In this document: in pieces, positions 30,692 to 40,079 of the stretch
Layout: each line of letters opens with the position of its first letter
Position numbering within the stretch: the stretch's first letter is position 1
DNA from: Anaeromyxobacter sp.
GTDB lineage: Bacteria; Myxococcota; Myxococcia; Myxococcales; Anaeromyxobacteraceae
Length of the DNA stretch: 64,000 nucleotides
Direction: 5' to 3'
Assembly: GCA_049840735.1 (NCBI GenBank)
Contig: JASGJN010000022.1
Coordinates: 512,001-576,000, forward strand
The notes under the pieces: model-generated
What the model was told of the DNA's origin: nothing
Database searches by the model: none
The model's input: the letters and a program-made list of their open reading frames with translations, nothing else
Program-made: the position numbers and the translations under genes

Positions 30692-32443
30692 GTGATTCGT
30701 CGCAAGGTCGAGTGGGTGCTCGCTGTTGCGCTGCTGCTGGCCGGCGTGGGTGGATGTGGGGGCGGCGGCGGAGGGAACGCCGCGCCGCAGGCTTCCATCA
30801 CCCAGCCACAGGCGCTGGTCGCGACCGTGGTGGTGGGCCAGGCGTTCTCGTTCGCGGCCACCTGTGTCGATCCGGATCGCGACGCCGTGACCCCTGCGTG
30901 GACCTTCCAGGGCGGGACGCCGGCCTCCTCGGCCGCGCTCTCCGGAACCGTCACCTGGGCCGCGGTGGGTGAGTACGCGATCTCCTTCAGCTGCAGGGAC
31001 GCGGGCGGGCACGCCTCGGCGGTGGTGACCCGCACCGTGCAGGTGCACGAGAACCACCCGCCGGTGGCGGCCATCGCCACGCCAGCCGTGGACGCGCCGG
31101 TGACGGTCGGCCTCCCCTTCACCTATCTCGCGACCTGCGAGGACCCGGACGGCGAGACCACCACCGCCGCCTGGTCCTTCCCGGGCGGCGTGCCGGACAG
31201 CGCCGCCGAGCTCGGCGGCTCGGTGACCTTCGCCGCCGCAGGCGACCACCAGCTCAGCTTCCAGTGCCACGACCCGAGCCATGCTGCGTCCAGCGTGGTG
31301 ACCCGGACCATCCACGCCGTCGCTCCCATGGCGGCGGGGAGCCTCGTGGCCTACTCGGTCGCGTGGCAGACCGGCCATCCGGGCGAGGGGATCAGCGATC
31401 CTCCGGCCGTGAAGGCGCTGGACTCGAACCAGGACCCGATCGTCGGCGTGGTGGTGACCTTCACGGTGACCGCTGGCGGCGGCTCCCTCTCCACCACCAC
31501 GGCCACCACCGACGTGAACGGGGTCGCGCGCGTGGCCTCCTGGACGCTGGGGACCTCTGGCGCCCAGCTGGTCACGGCCACGGCGACCGGCATGCTGCCC
31601 TTGACCCTGGCGGCCACGCTCGATGGCACCGCCTCCCGCTTCCACATCCAGCTCCTCTTCCTGGCCGAGCCCTCGGCCGACGTGCGCGCGGCCTTCACCA
31701 GCGCCGCGGAGCGGATCGGGCGGGTGGTGACCAGCGAGCTGTCGGGCGGGCAGATCACCTTCACGGCCGACGATCTGGCCGGCTGCGGTGACACCGCGGT
31801 GGACGTGCTGGCTGACGACCTGGTGATCCTGGCCGACGTCACCGCCATCGACGGCGCCGGCAGCATCCTGGGCCAGGCCGGCCCCTGCCTGACCCGCACC
31901 ACCGGCAGCCGGCTCCCCGTCCTCGGGCTGATGCAGTTCGACGAGGTGGACCTGGCGAACATGGACGTCCACGACCTCGACTCGGTGATCCTCCACGAGA
32001 TGCTGCACGTGGTGGGCTTCGGGACCTACTGGACATACGCGGGCCACGACTTCCTGGGCGCGTCGGCGTCCACCACCGACCCCCAGTACAGCGGCGCCAA
32101 CGCCGTCAACGCCTACGTGGGCTACAACGGCGGCAGCGGCACCACCGTGCCGGTCGAGGGCACCGGCGGCGCGGGCACCAAGAACGCGCACTGGCGGGAG
32201 ACCACCTTCAAGAACGAGCTCATGACCGGCTGGCTCAACGGGTACCCGACGGCAGCGCCCATGAGCCGGACCACCATCGCCTCGCTGCAGGACATCGGCT
32301 ACACGGTGGACGTCACGCAGGCGGACGCCTACGACATCGACACGGCCATCTCGAACCTGCTGGCCCCAGGCGCCGACGCCCGGATCCTGGACGTCAGCGA
32401 CGACGCGCTGCCCTTCACGCCCCGGCCAGTCCCGGGCCTCTGA
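30692..32443 (+). CDS. Lipoprotein: 2 PKD-like + Ig-like domains + leishmanolysin (M8)-like zinc metalloprotease
   Basis: VGG-C + poly-Gly; ILGQAGP, HEMLHVVGFG, AHWRE, NELMTG. Confidence 0.85.
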   Translation: MIRRKVEWVLAVALLLAGVGGCGGGGGGNAAPQASITQPQALVATVVVGQAFSFAATCVDPDRDAVTPAWTFQGGTPASSAALSGTVTWAAVGEYAISFSCRDAGGHASAVVTRTVQVHENHPPVAAIATPAVDAPVTVGLPFTYLATCEDPDGETTTAAWSFPGGVPDSAAELGGSVTFAAAGDHQLSFQCHDPSHAASSVVTRTIHAVAPMAAGSLVAYSVAWQTGHPGEGISDPPAVKALDSNQDPIVGVVVTFTVTAGGGSLSTTTATTDVNGVARVASWTLGTSGAQLVTATATGMLPLTLAATLDGTASRFHIQLLFLAEPSADVRAAFTSAAERIGRVVTSELSGGQITFTADDLAGCGDTAVDVLADDLVILADVTAIDGAGSILGQAGPCLTRTTGSRLPVLGLMQFDEVDLANMDVHDLDSVILHEMLHVVGFGTYWTYAGHDFLGASASTTDPQYSGANAVNAYVGYNGGSGTTVPVEGTGGAGTKNAHWRETTFKNELMTGWLNGYPTAAPMSRTTIASLQDIGYTVDVTQADAYDIDTAISNLLAPGADARILDVSDDALPFTPRPVPGL

Positions 32444-32491
32444 GCGGGCGCAGGTTTATATCCCCGGCGCGCAGCTCGCGCGGAGGCGACA

Positions 32492-34018
32492 ATGGACAAG
32501 GCCCTCGGATCCTTCGGCGCGACTCGCACCGTCTCTCGGCGGGGGGGCTCGCACCGCACCCGGCTGGCGCTCCTGGCGGCCCTGGTGGCTGGCTCGGGCG
32601 CCTGCGGCGGTGGCGGCGGCTCCTCCAACTCGGCCCCCACGGCCGCGGTGGCGGCGCCCGCCAACGCGTCCACCAGCATCTCGGCCGGGCAGGCGCTCTC
32701 CTACGCGGCCACCTGCACCGACCCGGACGGTGACCCCACCTACAAGGAGTGGGTCTTCCCCAGCGGCACCCCGTCCAGCTCCACCACCCTGACCGGCTCG
32801 GTGGCCTGGTCCGCGGCTGGCAGCTACGTCGTCACCTTCCGGTGCCGGGACTCGGGCAACCGCTACTCGTCGCTCCTGACGCGGACGGTGGTGGTGGGCG
32901 ACGCGCTGCCGCCCGCCTCGGTGGTGGCCTACTCGGTGACCTCCCAGACCGGTCACCCCAGCGAGGGGATCAGCGATCGACCAGCAGTGAAGGTGGAGGA
33001 CCAGAACGGGACCGGGGTGGGCGGCGTCCAGGTCACGTTCGCCGTCACGCAGGGCGGCGGCGCCATCTCCAGCACCACCGCCACCTCGGACATCAACGGC
33101 ATCGCGCGGCTGGCGTCCTGGACGCTCGGCACCTCGGGCGCACAGACGGTCACCGCCACCGCCTCCGGCTTCGACCCGGTCACCTTCCAGGCCACGCTCG
33201 ACGGGACGAGCTCGCATTTCCACATCCAGCTCCTCTTCCTGGCCGAGCCCTCGGCCGAGGTGCGCTCGGCCTTCACCAGCGCCGCGGAGCGGATCGGGCG
33301 GGTGGTGACGCTGGAGGAGACGAACTACCACGTGACCGCGACCGCGGCCGAGATGGCCGGCTGCGGCGACACCGCGGTGGACGTGCAGGCGGACGACCTG
33401 GTGATCCTGGCCGACGTCACGGCCATCGACGGCGGCGGCGGCATCCTGGGACAGGCCGGCCCCTGCCTGTACCGCACCGGCGGCACCCAGCTGCCCATCC
33501 TCGGGCTGATGCAGTTCGACGAGGTGGACCTGGCGAACATGGACGTCCACGACCTCGACTCGGTGATCCTCCACGAGATGCTGCACGTGGTGGGCTTCGG
33601 GACGTACTGGCAGTTCGGCAACAACCTGCTGGGCAGCACCGGCTCCACCACCAACCCGCAGTTCAACGGCTCCTTCGCCGTCAGCGCCTACACGGCCTAC
33701 AACGGCGGCAGCGGCACCACCGTGCCGGTCGAGGGCACCGGCGGCGCGGGCACCAAGAACGCGCACTGGCGGGAGACCACCTTCAAGAACGAGCTCATGA
33801 CCGGCTGGCTCAACGGGTACCCGACGGCAGCGCCCATGAGCCGGACCACCATCGCCTCGCTGCAGGACATCGGCTACACGGTGGACGTCACCCAGGCGGA
33901 CGCGTTCGACATCACCACCGCGGTCTCCAACCTCCTGGCCCCCGGCGTCGAGGCCCGCGTCTACGACGTGAGCGAGGACCACCTGCCCTTCACCCCCCGG
34001 CCGGTCCCGGCCCAGTAG
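32492..34018 (+). CDS. Paralogous lipoprotein: PKD-like + Ig-like + M8-like metalloprotease
   Basis: SGA-C + poly-Gly; same HEMLH, AHWRE, NELMTG motifs. Confidence 0.85.
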   Translation: MDKALGSFGATRTVSRRGGSHRTRLALLAALVAGSGACGGGGGSSNSAPTAAVAAPANASTSISAGQALSYAATCTDPDGDPTYKEWVFPSGTPSSSTTLTGSVAWSAAGSYVVTFRCRDSGNRYSSLLTRTVVVGDALPPASVVAYSVTSQTGHPSEGISDRPAVKVEDQNGTGVGGVQVTFAVTQGGGAISSTTATSDINGIARLASWTLGTSGAQTVTATASGFDPVTFQATLDGTSSHFHIQLLFLAEPSAEVRSAFTSAAERIGRVVTLEETNYHVTATAAEMAGCGDTAVDVQADDLVILADVTAIDGGGGILGQAGPCLYRTGGTQLPILGLMQFDEVDLANMDVHDLDSVILHEMLHVVGFGTYWQFGNNLLGSTGSTTNPQFNGSFAVSAYTAYNGGSGTTVPVEGTGGAGTKNAHWRETTFKNELMTGWLNGYPTAAPMSRTTIASLQDIGYTVDVTQADAFDITTAVSNLLAPGVEARVYDVSEDHLPFTPRPVPAQ

Positions 34019-34076
34019 GCGCGCGCAGGTGTAGATTCCTCCGCGCCCCCGGCCAGCGCCGGGGCGCGGAGGCGCC

Positions 34077-35078
34077 ATGGACAAGGTCCGCTTCGGCATC
34101 CTCTCCACCGCCCGCATCGGGCTGGAGAAGGTCATCCCGGCCATGCAGCGCAGCGCGCTCTGCGAGGTGCGCGCCATCGCTTCGCGGTCGGAGAAGCCGG
34201 CCCGCGAGGCGGCCGCGCGGCTGGGCATCCCGGTGGTGCACGGCTCGTACGAGGCGCTGCTGGCGGACCCGGAGATCGAGGCGGTCTACATCCCGGTCCC
34301 GAACCAGCTCCACGTGTCGCTGGCGCTGCAGGCCGCGGCGGCGGGAAAGCACGTGCTGCTCGAGAAGCCCGCCGCGCTCACCGCCGCCGAGGCGGCGCAG
34401 CTGCGCGAGGCGGCCCGCCGCGTGATCGTGGCCGAGGCGTTCATGGTGCGCTACCACCCGCAGTGGCAGCGGGCCCGCGAGCTGGTGCGGGCGGGGCGCC
34501 TCGGCGAGCTGCGGGCGGTGCAGGTCTTCTTCTCCTACTTCAACACCGACCCGGCCAACATCCGCAACCGGGTCGAGACCGGCGGCGGCGCGCTCTACGA
34601 CATCGGCTGCTACGCCATCGTGGCCGGCCGCTTCCTCTTCGGGGCCGAGCCGGCCCGCGCGGTGTCGCTGGTGGACCGCGACCCGCAGCTGGGGACCGAC
34701 CGGACCACCAGCGCCGTGCTCGACTTCGGCGGCGGCCGCCACCTGGGCTTCACCGTCTCGACCCAGTGCGCGACCTACCAGCGCGTGCAGGCGGTGGGCA
34801 CCAAGGGTCGGCTGGAGATCCTGATCCCCTTCAACGCGCCGCAGGGCGCCGCCACCCGCATCCACGTGGACGACGCCAGCTCGCTCGAGGGCGCCGGGAT
34901 CGTGACCGAGACCTTGCCGCCGTCGGATCAGTACACGCTGCAGGGCGACGCCTTCGCCCGCGCCGTGCGCGGGCAGGCCGAGGCGCTCCCCTGGGGCGTG
35001 GAGGACGCGATCTGGAACCTGCGCGCCATCGACGCCGTGTTCCGCTCCGAGCAGAGCGGGCGGTGGGAGGCCGTCTGA
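34077..35078 (+). CDS. Gfo/Idh/MocA family oxidoreductase
   Basis: GILSTARIG, GKHVLLEKP, GGGALYDIGCY. Confidence 0.95.
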   Translation: MDKVRFGILSTARIGLEKVIPAMQRSALCEVRAIASRSEKPAREAAARLGIPVVHGSYEALLADPEIEAVYIPVPNQLHVSLALQAAAAGKHVLLEKPAALTAAEAAQLREAARRVIVAEAFMVRYHPQWQRARELVRAGRLGELRAVQVFFSYFNTDPANIRNRVETGGGALYDIGCYAIVAGRFLFGAEPARAVSLVDRDPQLGTDRTTSAVLDFGGGRHLGFTVSTQCATYQRVQAVGTKGRLEILIPFNAPQGAATRIHVDDASSLEGAGIVTETLPPSDQYTLQGDAFARAVRGQAEALPWGVEDAIWNLRAIDAVFRSEQSGRWEAV

Positions 35079-35166
35079 TCGGCCGCTCGTGATCCGCGAT
35101 CACCTGGCGGTGTCACGGATCACGACCGCCGTCCGGGGCCCCCACCCCCCGCCGCTGCCGGCGACG

Positions 35167-35448
35167 CTACTGCGTCCCGCCGCCAGTGCCCCCGCCGGTG
35201 CCGCCTGCGCCGCCGGAGGACGAGCCGTTGCCCGACGATCCGCCGCCGGTGCCGCCGCCCGGGCTCATGCCGCCGCCGGCGTCGCTGCCCGAGGAGCCCG
35301 TGCCGCCGGTGCTGCTGCCGGTGTCACTCGCGCCGCTGCCGGTCCCGCTGGAGCCGCTGCCGCTGCTCTTGCTGCCGGACGGCGGGCAGCCGAGCGCGCC
35401 CGCGAGCGCCGCGACGCCCACCGCCATCTTCCACCATGTCGCCTTCAT
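35167..35448 (-). CDS. Small Gly/Ser-rich lipoprotein
   Basis: AGGAGG RBS; signal MKATWWKMAVGVAALAGALG-C; low-complexity body. Confidence 0.7.
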   Translation of the reverse strand: MKATWWKMAVGVAALAGALGCPPSGSKSSGSGSSGTGSGASDTGSSTGGTGSSGSDAGGGMSPGGGTGGGSSGNGSSSGGAGGTGGGTGGGTQ

Positions 35449-35544
35449 CTGCCCCCTCCTGAGTGGCTGTTCCGACAGAACCTAAGGCCACCCCGTGGCG
35501 GCGCGGAGTCCCCCCGGACCGGCCGTACGCCACGTTCGAGGGCG

Positions 35545-35856
35545 GGCCTTCGACTCCGGGCCGCTGCGCGGCCCTACGCTCAGGCCGAACGGGGGCAGGC
35601 TCCCGTTCGACCCTGGGCGTAGCGATCAGGCCGAACGGGGGCTGGATCCCGTTCGACCCTGGGCGTAGCGATCAGGCTGAACGGGGGCGGGATTCCGTTC
35701 GCCCTGGGCGTAGCGATCAGGCCGAACGGGGGCTGGATTCCGTTCGCCCTGGGCGTGGCGATCAGGCCGAAACGGGGGCTGGATTCCGTTCGCCCTGAGC
35801 GTAGCGACCCGGGCCGCCGCAGCGGGCGTCGCTCACCGGGTCGCGGAGTCGAAGGG
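35545..35856. repeat. Inverted REP-A pair enclosing five tandem 45-46-bp hairpin units
   Basis: Unit TCAGGCCGAACGGGGGCTGGATTCCGTTCGCCCTGGGCGTAGCGA at 35580, 35626, 35672, 35717, 35762. Confidence 0.92.
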
Positions 35857-35875
35857 CAGGGCCCCGCACGCTGGA

Positions 35876-37813
35876 TCAGCGCCGCGGCGTGCGCCCGGCG
35901 GGGGAGCCGGCGAGCGCGGCCACGACCTGCGCGCGCCAGCCCTGGTTCCGGGCGAGCACGTCCTCGCGCGCCGTGCCGTAGGGAACGTCCGGGAGCACCG
36001 GCCGGTTCTCGAAGGCCATGCCCTCGAGGAAGCGCTCCGGCGGGGCGGTGGTGCCGCCGGCGAAGCCGGGCGGGAGCACGCCCATGGCGGCGTTGGGGAT
36101 CGACACCGTCAGCTGCGAGCCCGCGTCGGTCCAGCGCGCCGAGAGGTCCTTGGTCTCCTGCTGGCTGGCGCCGGCGCCCTCGGTCGGCCCGCCCACCAGC
36201 GTGGCCCGGCCGCTGCTGCGCAGCAGCGCCGCCAGCCGGTCGCAGGCGCTCATGCAGGCCGGCGAGGTGAGCGCGACGACACGGCCGGTGAACCCGTCGC
36301 CGGAGGGCCGGAGCGGCGGGTCGAGGAAGGCCGGCGTCAGCTCCTGGTGCTGCTGCCGCGCCTCGCGGATGGCGGCCAGCACCTCGGCCGCGCCGCTGCC
36401 GTCGCGCACCGGCCTGCCGCCGCCCGGGCCCAGCGCGCCCACCACCGGCGCGCGGGCGCGGTAGACGCGCTCGTTGCGGGCGGTGGCGCGCAGCACCAGC
36501 GCGCCGCCCGGCGCGGTCTCGCCGGGGCGGCCCAGCATGGCGGCCAGCCCGGTGGAGTGGGCCAGGTAGCCGCCCTCGTTCTGCCGCAGGTCGAGCACCA
36601 GGTCCTGCCCGCGGGCCTGGCAGCCGGCCACGAAGTCCTGCAACACGTCCAGGTAGGGCCGCCGCCGGCCGCCGGCGCTGAGCCCCTCGGAGTGGAAGGA
36701 GAGGAGCTGCGCGTAGCAGTAGCGCGCGCCCTGCGGGCCCAAGCCCTGGCCCAGCCGCGCCGCCAGGGCGCCGCCGTCGCCGGTGTAGGGCGTGAGCGCC
36801 GCGGCCTCCTCCGGCGCCAGGACCGGGTCGCCGCGCAGGAGCCCGTCGCGATCGCCCCGCTCGCGCAGCCAGGGGCCACGCGCGTCGGCGCGCCAGTCGA
36901 TGCGGTCGTCGCCGGTCACGCCGGTGCGGGCCAGCCAGGCGCGGACCAGCGGCTGGTCGCGCCCGTCCGGCCCCACCGCCCAGCGCAGCGTGACGGTGCG
37001 CCGCCCGGTGCCGTCCTCCAGCGTGAGGGCGGTGGTGGCGGCGGCGGGGTAGAGGAAGTCGCGGCGGGTGAGCGCGTCCACCGCCCGCTCCTGGCGCGCC
37101 GCGGCGGAGCTGCCCGGGACGTGGGCGGCCAGCTCGGCCAGCACCGCCGCCACCGGGCGCCCGTCCACCGCCACCAGCGCGTCGCCCACCCGCGGCGGCG
37201 CCACCGGGCCGCCCTCGGCGGCGCGTGCCGCGGCGAGCAGCGGGTCGAGGTGCGCCACCACCACGGCGCCGTCGGCCAGCTGGCGCACCCGCAGCCCGAG
37301 CGCCACAGGCGGCAGGCGCTTCGGCAGCGAGGGGATGAGGTGGCCGTCCTCGAAGGCGGAGAGGCAGGCGCGCATCCGGTCGTGGAACCGGAGCGGCTGG
37401 TCCTCCTCGGCCACGGCCGCCTCGGCGGCGACGCAGCCGTCGAGCTGGGCGCGGGCGTCGAAGCGCGGGGCGCCGCTCGCGGCCAGCAGCGCGCCCTTCA
37501 GGTGGAAGAAGACGTACCGGCGCTCCATGGCCTCGCGCAGCTCGCAGGCCACCTGCACCCGCTGCTGGGCGCTGCAGAGCGCGCGGCCCTGGCAGGCCTC
37601 GGGCGGCGGAGGCAGCTCGGCCCGGCACGGGTCGGCCTCGTCCTCCACGACCGGGTCCTCGATGACGTCGTCCACCTCCGCGCCGGCCGGGACGGCCGGG
37701 CCGGTCGAGGTGGAGGGCGTGGCCCGCACCACCTGACCGCTCCCGGCGCCGGCCGCTGCGGCGCAGGAGAGGAGGCAGAGCATGGCTGCGGCGAGTGGGA
37801 GTCGGGAGCGCAT
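35876..37813 (-). CDS. Secreted S41 family peptidase with PDZ-like domain
   Basis: DGHL, VGDALVAVDG, LVLDLRQNEGG, CMSACD, LVGGPTEGAG, PDVP; N-terminal signal. Confidence 0.85.
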   Translation of the reverse strand: MRSRLPLAAAMLCLLSCAAAAGAGSGQVVRATPSTSTGPAVPAGAEVDDVIEDPVVEDEADPCRAELPPPPEACQGRALCSAQQRVQVACELREAMERRYVFFHLKGALLAASGAPRFDARAQLDGCVAAEAAVAEEDQPLRFHDRMRACLSAFEDGHLIPSLPKRLPPVALGLRVRQLADGAVVVAHLDPLLAAARAAEGGPVAPPRVGDALVAVDGRPVAAVLAELAAHVPGSSAAARQERAVDALTRRDFLYPAAATTALTLEDGTGRRTVTLRWAVGPDGRDQPLVRAWLARTGVTGDDRIDWRADARGPWLRERGDRDGLLRGDPVLAPEEAAALTPYTGDGGALAARLGQGLGPQGARYCYAQLLSFHSEGLSAGGRRRPYLDVLQDFVAGCQARGQDLVLDLRQNEGGYLAHSTGLAAMLGRPGETAPGGALVLRATARNERVYRARAPVVGALGPGGGRPVRDGSGAAEVLAAIREARQQHQELTPAFLDPPLRPSGDGFTGRVVALTSPACMSACDRLAALLRSSGRATLVGGPTEGAGASQQETKDLSARWTDAGSQLTVSIPNAAMGVLPPGFAGGTTAPPERFLEGMAFENRPVLPDVPYGTAREDVLARNQGWRAQVVAALAGSPAGRTPRR

Positions 37814-38123
37814 CGTCACGGGGCCGGCGCGGCGAGGGAGCCCGCGCGCCGTCCCCCGGAGAACGGGCCATCCCGGGCGGAGAATTTCCGGAAGGGTTCG
37901 CTCAGCGTGTATGTCTCCGGCCACACCGAGGGTGACGTGCGCAGAGGCGGTGGCGCGGCGGCGGGGTGCGCCGAGGTGGGTGGGTGCAACCGTCCGCAGG
38001 TCGCGGGGTTGCGCGCGTGCTGCCCGCGCGCCCGGGCGCGCAGGTGGTCGAATGGGGCCGGTGTGGGCGCGCGGCGCCGGGCGTAGCCACTCCGCTCCTG
38101 CGATGCGCTAGGCTCCGCTACCA

Positions 38124-38768
38124 ATGACCCATCGGCACGTGGCGTACCTGGCCGGCTTCCTGGGCGCGACCGCCGCGGCGGCGGCCGGCGCAGGGATCCA
38201 GGCGCAGACCGGCCGCCCCGGCGCGGCGCTCTTCGCCTTCGTCGTCGCGGGCGCCTTCCTCTCGCTGCTGCTGGTGCCGCGCCTCGACGCCGGCAAGGCG
38301 GCCGGTCCGGTGCCCAACACCTTCAGGCCCAGCGCCGGCCTCCTGGTCACCGACGGCGCCGGGCGCGTGCTGGCGCTGGAGCGGCGCAAGGTGCCCGGGG
38401 CCTGGCAGCTCCCGCAGGGCGGGATTGATCCGGGGGAGTCGGCGGAGGCCGGCGCCTGGCGCGAGCTGCAGGAGGAGACCGGGCTCACCGCCAGCGGCGT
38501 CGTGCTGGTGCGGATCGCGCCGCGCTGGATCGCCTACGAGCTGCCGGAGGCGATGCGCTCGGCCAAGACCGGGCGCGGCCAGGCGCAGCTCTGGTTCCTG
38601 TTCCGCGCCGCCGGCGCGCCGCTCCCGGCGCCCGGCGAGGAGGCGCGCGCCTGGGCCTGGAAGCCGATGGCCGAGGTGCTGGCCGAGGTCGCGCCCTTCC
38701 GCCGGCCGGTGTACGAGGCGGTGGCGGAGCTGTTCGCGGCGGAGCTGGGTGGAACCGCGGGTCGCTAG
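38124..38768 (+). CDS. RppH-like Nudix hydrolase with N-terminal hydrophobic segments
   Basis: WQLPQGGIDPGESAEAGAWRELQEETGL, GQAQLWF, FRRPVY. Confidence 0.85.
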   Translation: MTHRHVAYLAGFLGATAAAAAGAGIQAQTGRPGAALFAFVVAGAFLSLLLVPRLDAGKAAGPVPNTFRPSAGLLVTDGAGRVLALERRKVPGAWQLPQGGIDPGESAEAGAWRELQEETGLTASGVVLVRIAPRWIAYELPEAMRSAKTGRGQAQLWFLFRAAGAPLPAPGEEARAWAWKPMAEVLAEVAPFRRPVYEAVAELFAAELGGTAGR

Positions 38769-38821
38769 AGCGCTCGGCGCCGCGCTGAGGGGCCCTGCCG
38801 GAGCGCTGCCCGCGGCTTGCA

Positions 38822-38992
38822 GGGTGGGGGCCCCAGCGCAGCTGGGGGAGGGGCGCAGCCCCTCGACGCTGGGTGCCGCGCAAGGGCCCAATCCCCTGTC
38901 TTGACGATCTCGGCCCGCAGCGCGGCGGGACCCAGCGCAGCAGGGGTGGGGCCCCAGGAGCTTTGCTCCTGGGGCGGGGACGTCAGTCCCCG
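38822..38992 (+). repeat. Two REP-like family B copies (38822-38865, 38943-38992)
   Basis: GGGTGGG(GG)CCCCAG-hairpin-CTGGGG followed by a second GGGG-loop-CCCC hairpin. Confidence 0.65.
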
Positions 38993-38995
38993 TTC

Positions 38996-39040
38996 AAAAG
39001 AAGGGGGCGGATCCCGGCCCGTCAACCGGAACCCGCCCCC
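38996..39040 (-). terminator. Intrinsic terminator of the 39105-40079 gene
   Basis: GGGGGCGG...CCGCCCCC stem followed by TTCTTTT on minus strand. Confidence 0.75.
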
Positions 39041-39104
39041 CGATGCCCAAGGCTCGCCGCCTGAGGCCCTGCTACATCCCCCCCGCCCCCGGTCCTGCTG
39101 GGTC

Positions 39105-40079
39105 CTACTGCTCCTCGCCCGTCGGGCAGACGCCGCAGTCGCTCTGGCAGGCGTCCGCCGTGGTGCCCGTGCCGCAGTGCTCGGTGAACTGGCACACGCC
39201 GTCACCGCACCGGTAGATGTCCGAGCCCTTCACCCGCGTGGAGAGCGCGTGGTAGGCGACGCCGCCCCAGGTGCAGGTGTCGTAGCTGATCCCGCTCGCC
39301 GACGGCGTGCACACGGTCGCGCAGTGGCCCACGTGGACCAGCGGCGGGCAGGCCACGCTCACGCCCGCGGCCTGGTCGTGCAGCGCGCAGGCGCGGGGGC
39401 TGGAGACGGCGGCGTCGCGCCCGGGGTGGTCGAGGCCGACGAAGTAGCCCTGCCCGTCGAACACGTTGCCGAAGAAGCAGCCCTCGCGCTGGGAGAAGGT
39501 GCGCAGCTCGTCGGCCGACACCTCGATCTCCTCGCCGCCCGCCGTGCGCCCCTCCACCGCGATGGTCACGCTCACGCCGTAGCGGTTGGAGAGCGCGGCC
39601 AGGCAGGCCGAGACCGCCTGCTTCTCCGCCACCGTCGGAGCGGCGCCCGCCGCCCACGCCGGCGCCAGCCCCAGGCCGCCGGGCCAGGCGTAGGTGACGC
39701 CGCTCACCGGATGCGTCCAGGTCAGCGTCGCGCCGGCCGGCGCCGCGCAGCGGTAGGTGTAGCGGAGGAAGACCTCGGCCAGCTGGGGCGAGCTGTCGAA
39801 CCAGCTCACGAAGTCGGCCGAGCCGAGCGTTGCGGGCGAGATCCCGTTCTGGCTGATGCCGTTCTGGGAGATCCCGTTCTGCGAGATGCCGTTCTGGCTG
39901 ATGCCGTTCGCGCCCTCGAGGCCGGCCTGACCGCCCGCGAAGTGGTCCAGGGCCTGGCCGAGCTCGTCGCCGCTCGTGTCCACCACGCCGCGGGGAGCCT
40001 GGCTGCAGCCTGCAGTGAGGAGGAATGCCACGGTCGCGATCGCGCTCCGCAGGGCCCCCAGGTGTCGGATGGTAAGCAT
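39105..40079 (-). CDS. Cys-rich lipoprotein with tandem NGISQ pentapeptides
   Basis: AGGAGG RBS, lipobox TAG-C, (NGISQ)x4-NGISP, LGLAPAW, SACLAA, EGCFFGN, Cys-rich tail CGDGVCQFTEHC. Confidence 0.85.
   Translation of the reverse strand: MLTIRHLGALRSAIATVAFLLTAGCSQAPRGVVDTSGDELGQALDHFAGGQAGLEGANGISQNGISQNGISQNGISQNGISPATLGSADFVSWFDSSPQLAEVFLRYTYRCAAPAGATLTWTHPVSGVTYAWPGGLGLAPAWAAGAAPTVAEKQAVSACLAALSNRYGVSVTIAVEGRTAGGEEIEVSADELRTFSQREGCFFGNVFDGQGYFVGLDHPGRDAAVSSPRACALHDQAAGVSVACPPLVHVGHCATVCTPSASGISYDTCTWGGVAYHALSTRVKGSDIYRCGDGVCQFTEHCGTGTTADACQSDCGVCPTGEEQ

Noticed and set aside
35580..35807. 45-46-bp hairpin array as CRISPR
   Set aside because: No spacers; units derive entirely from the flanking REP ends
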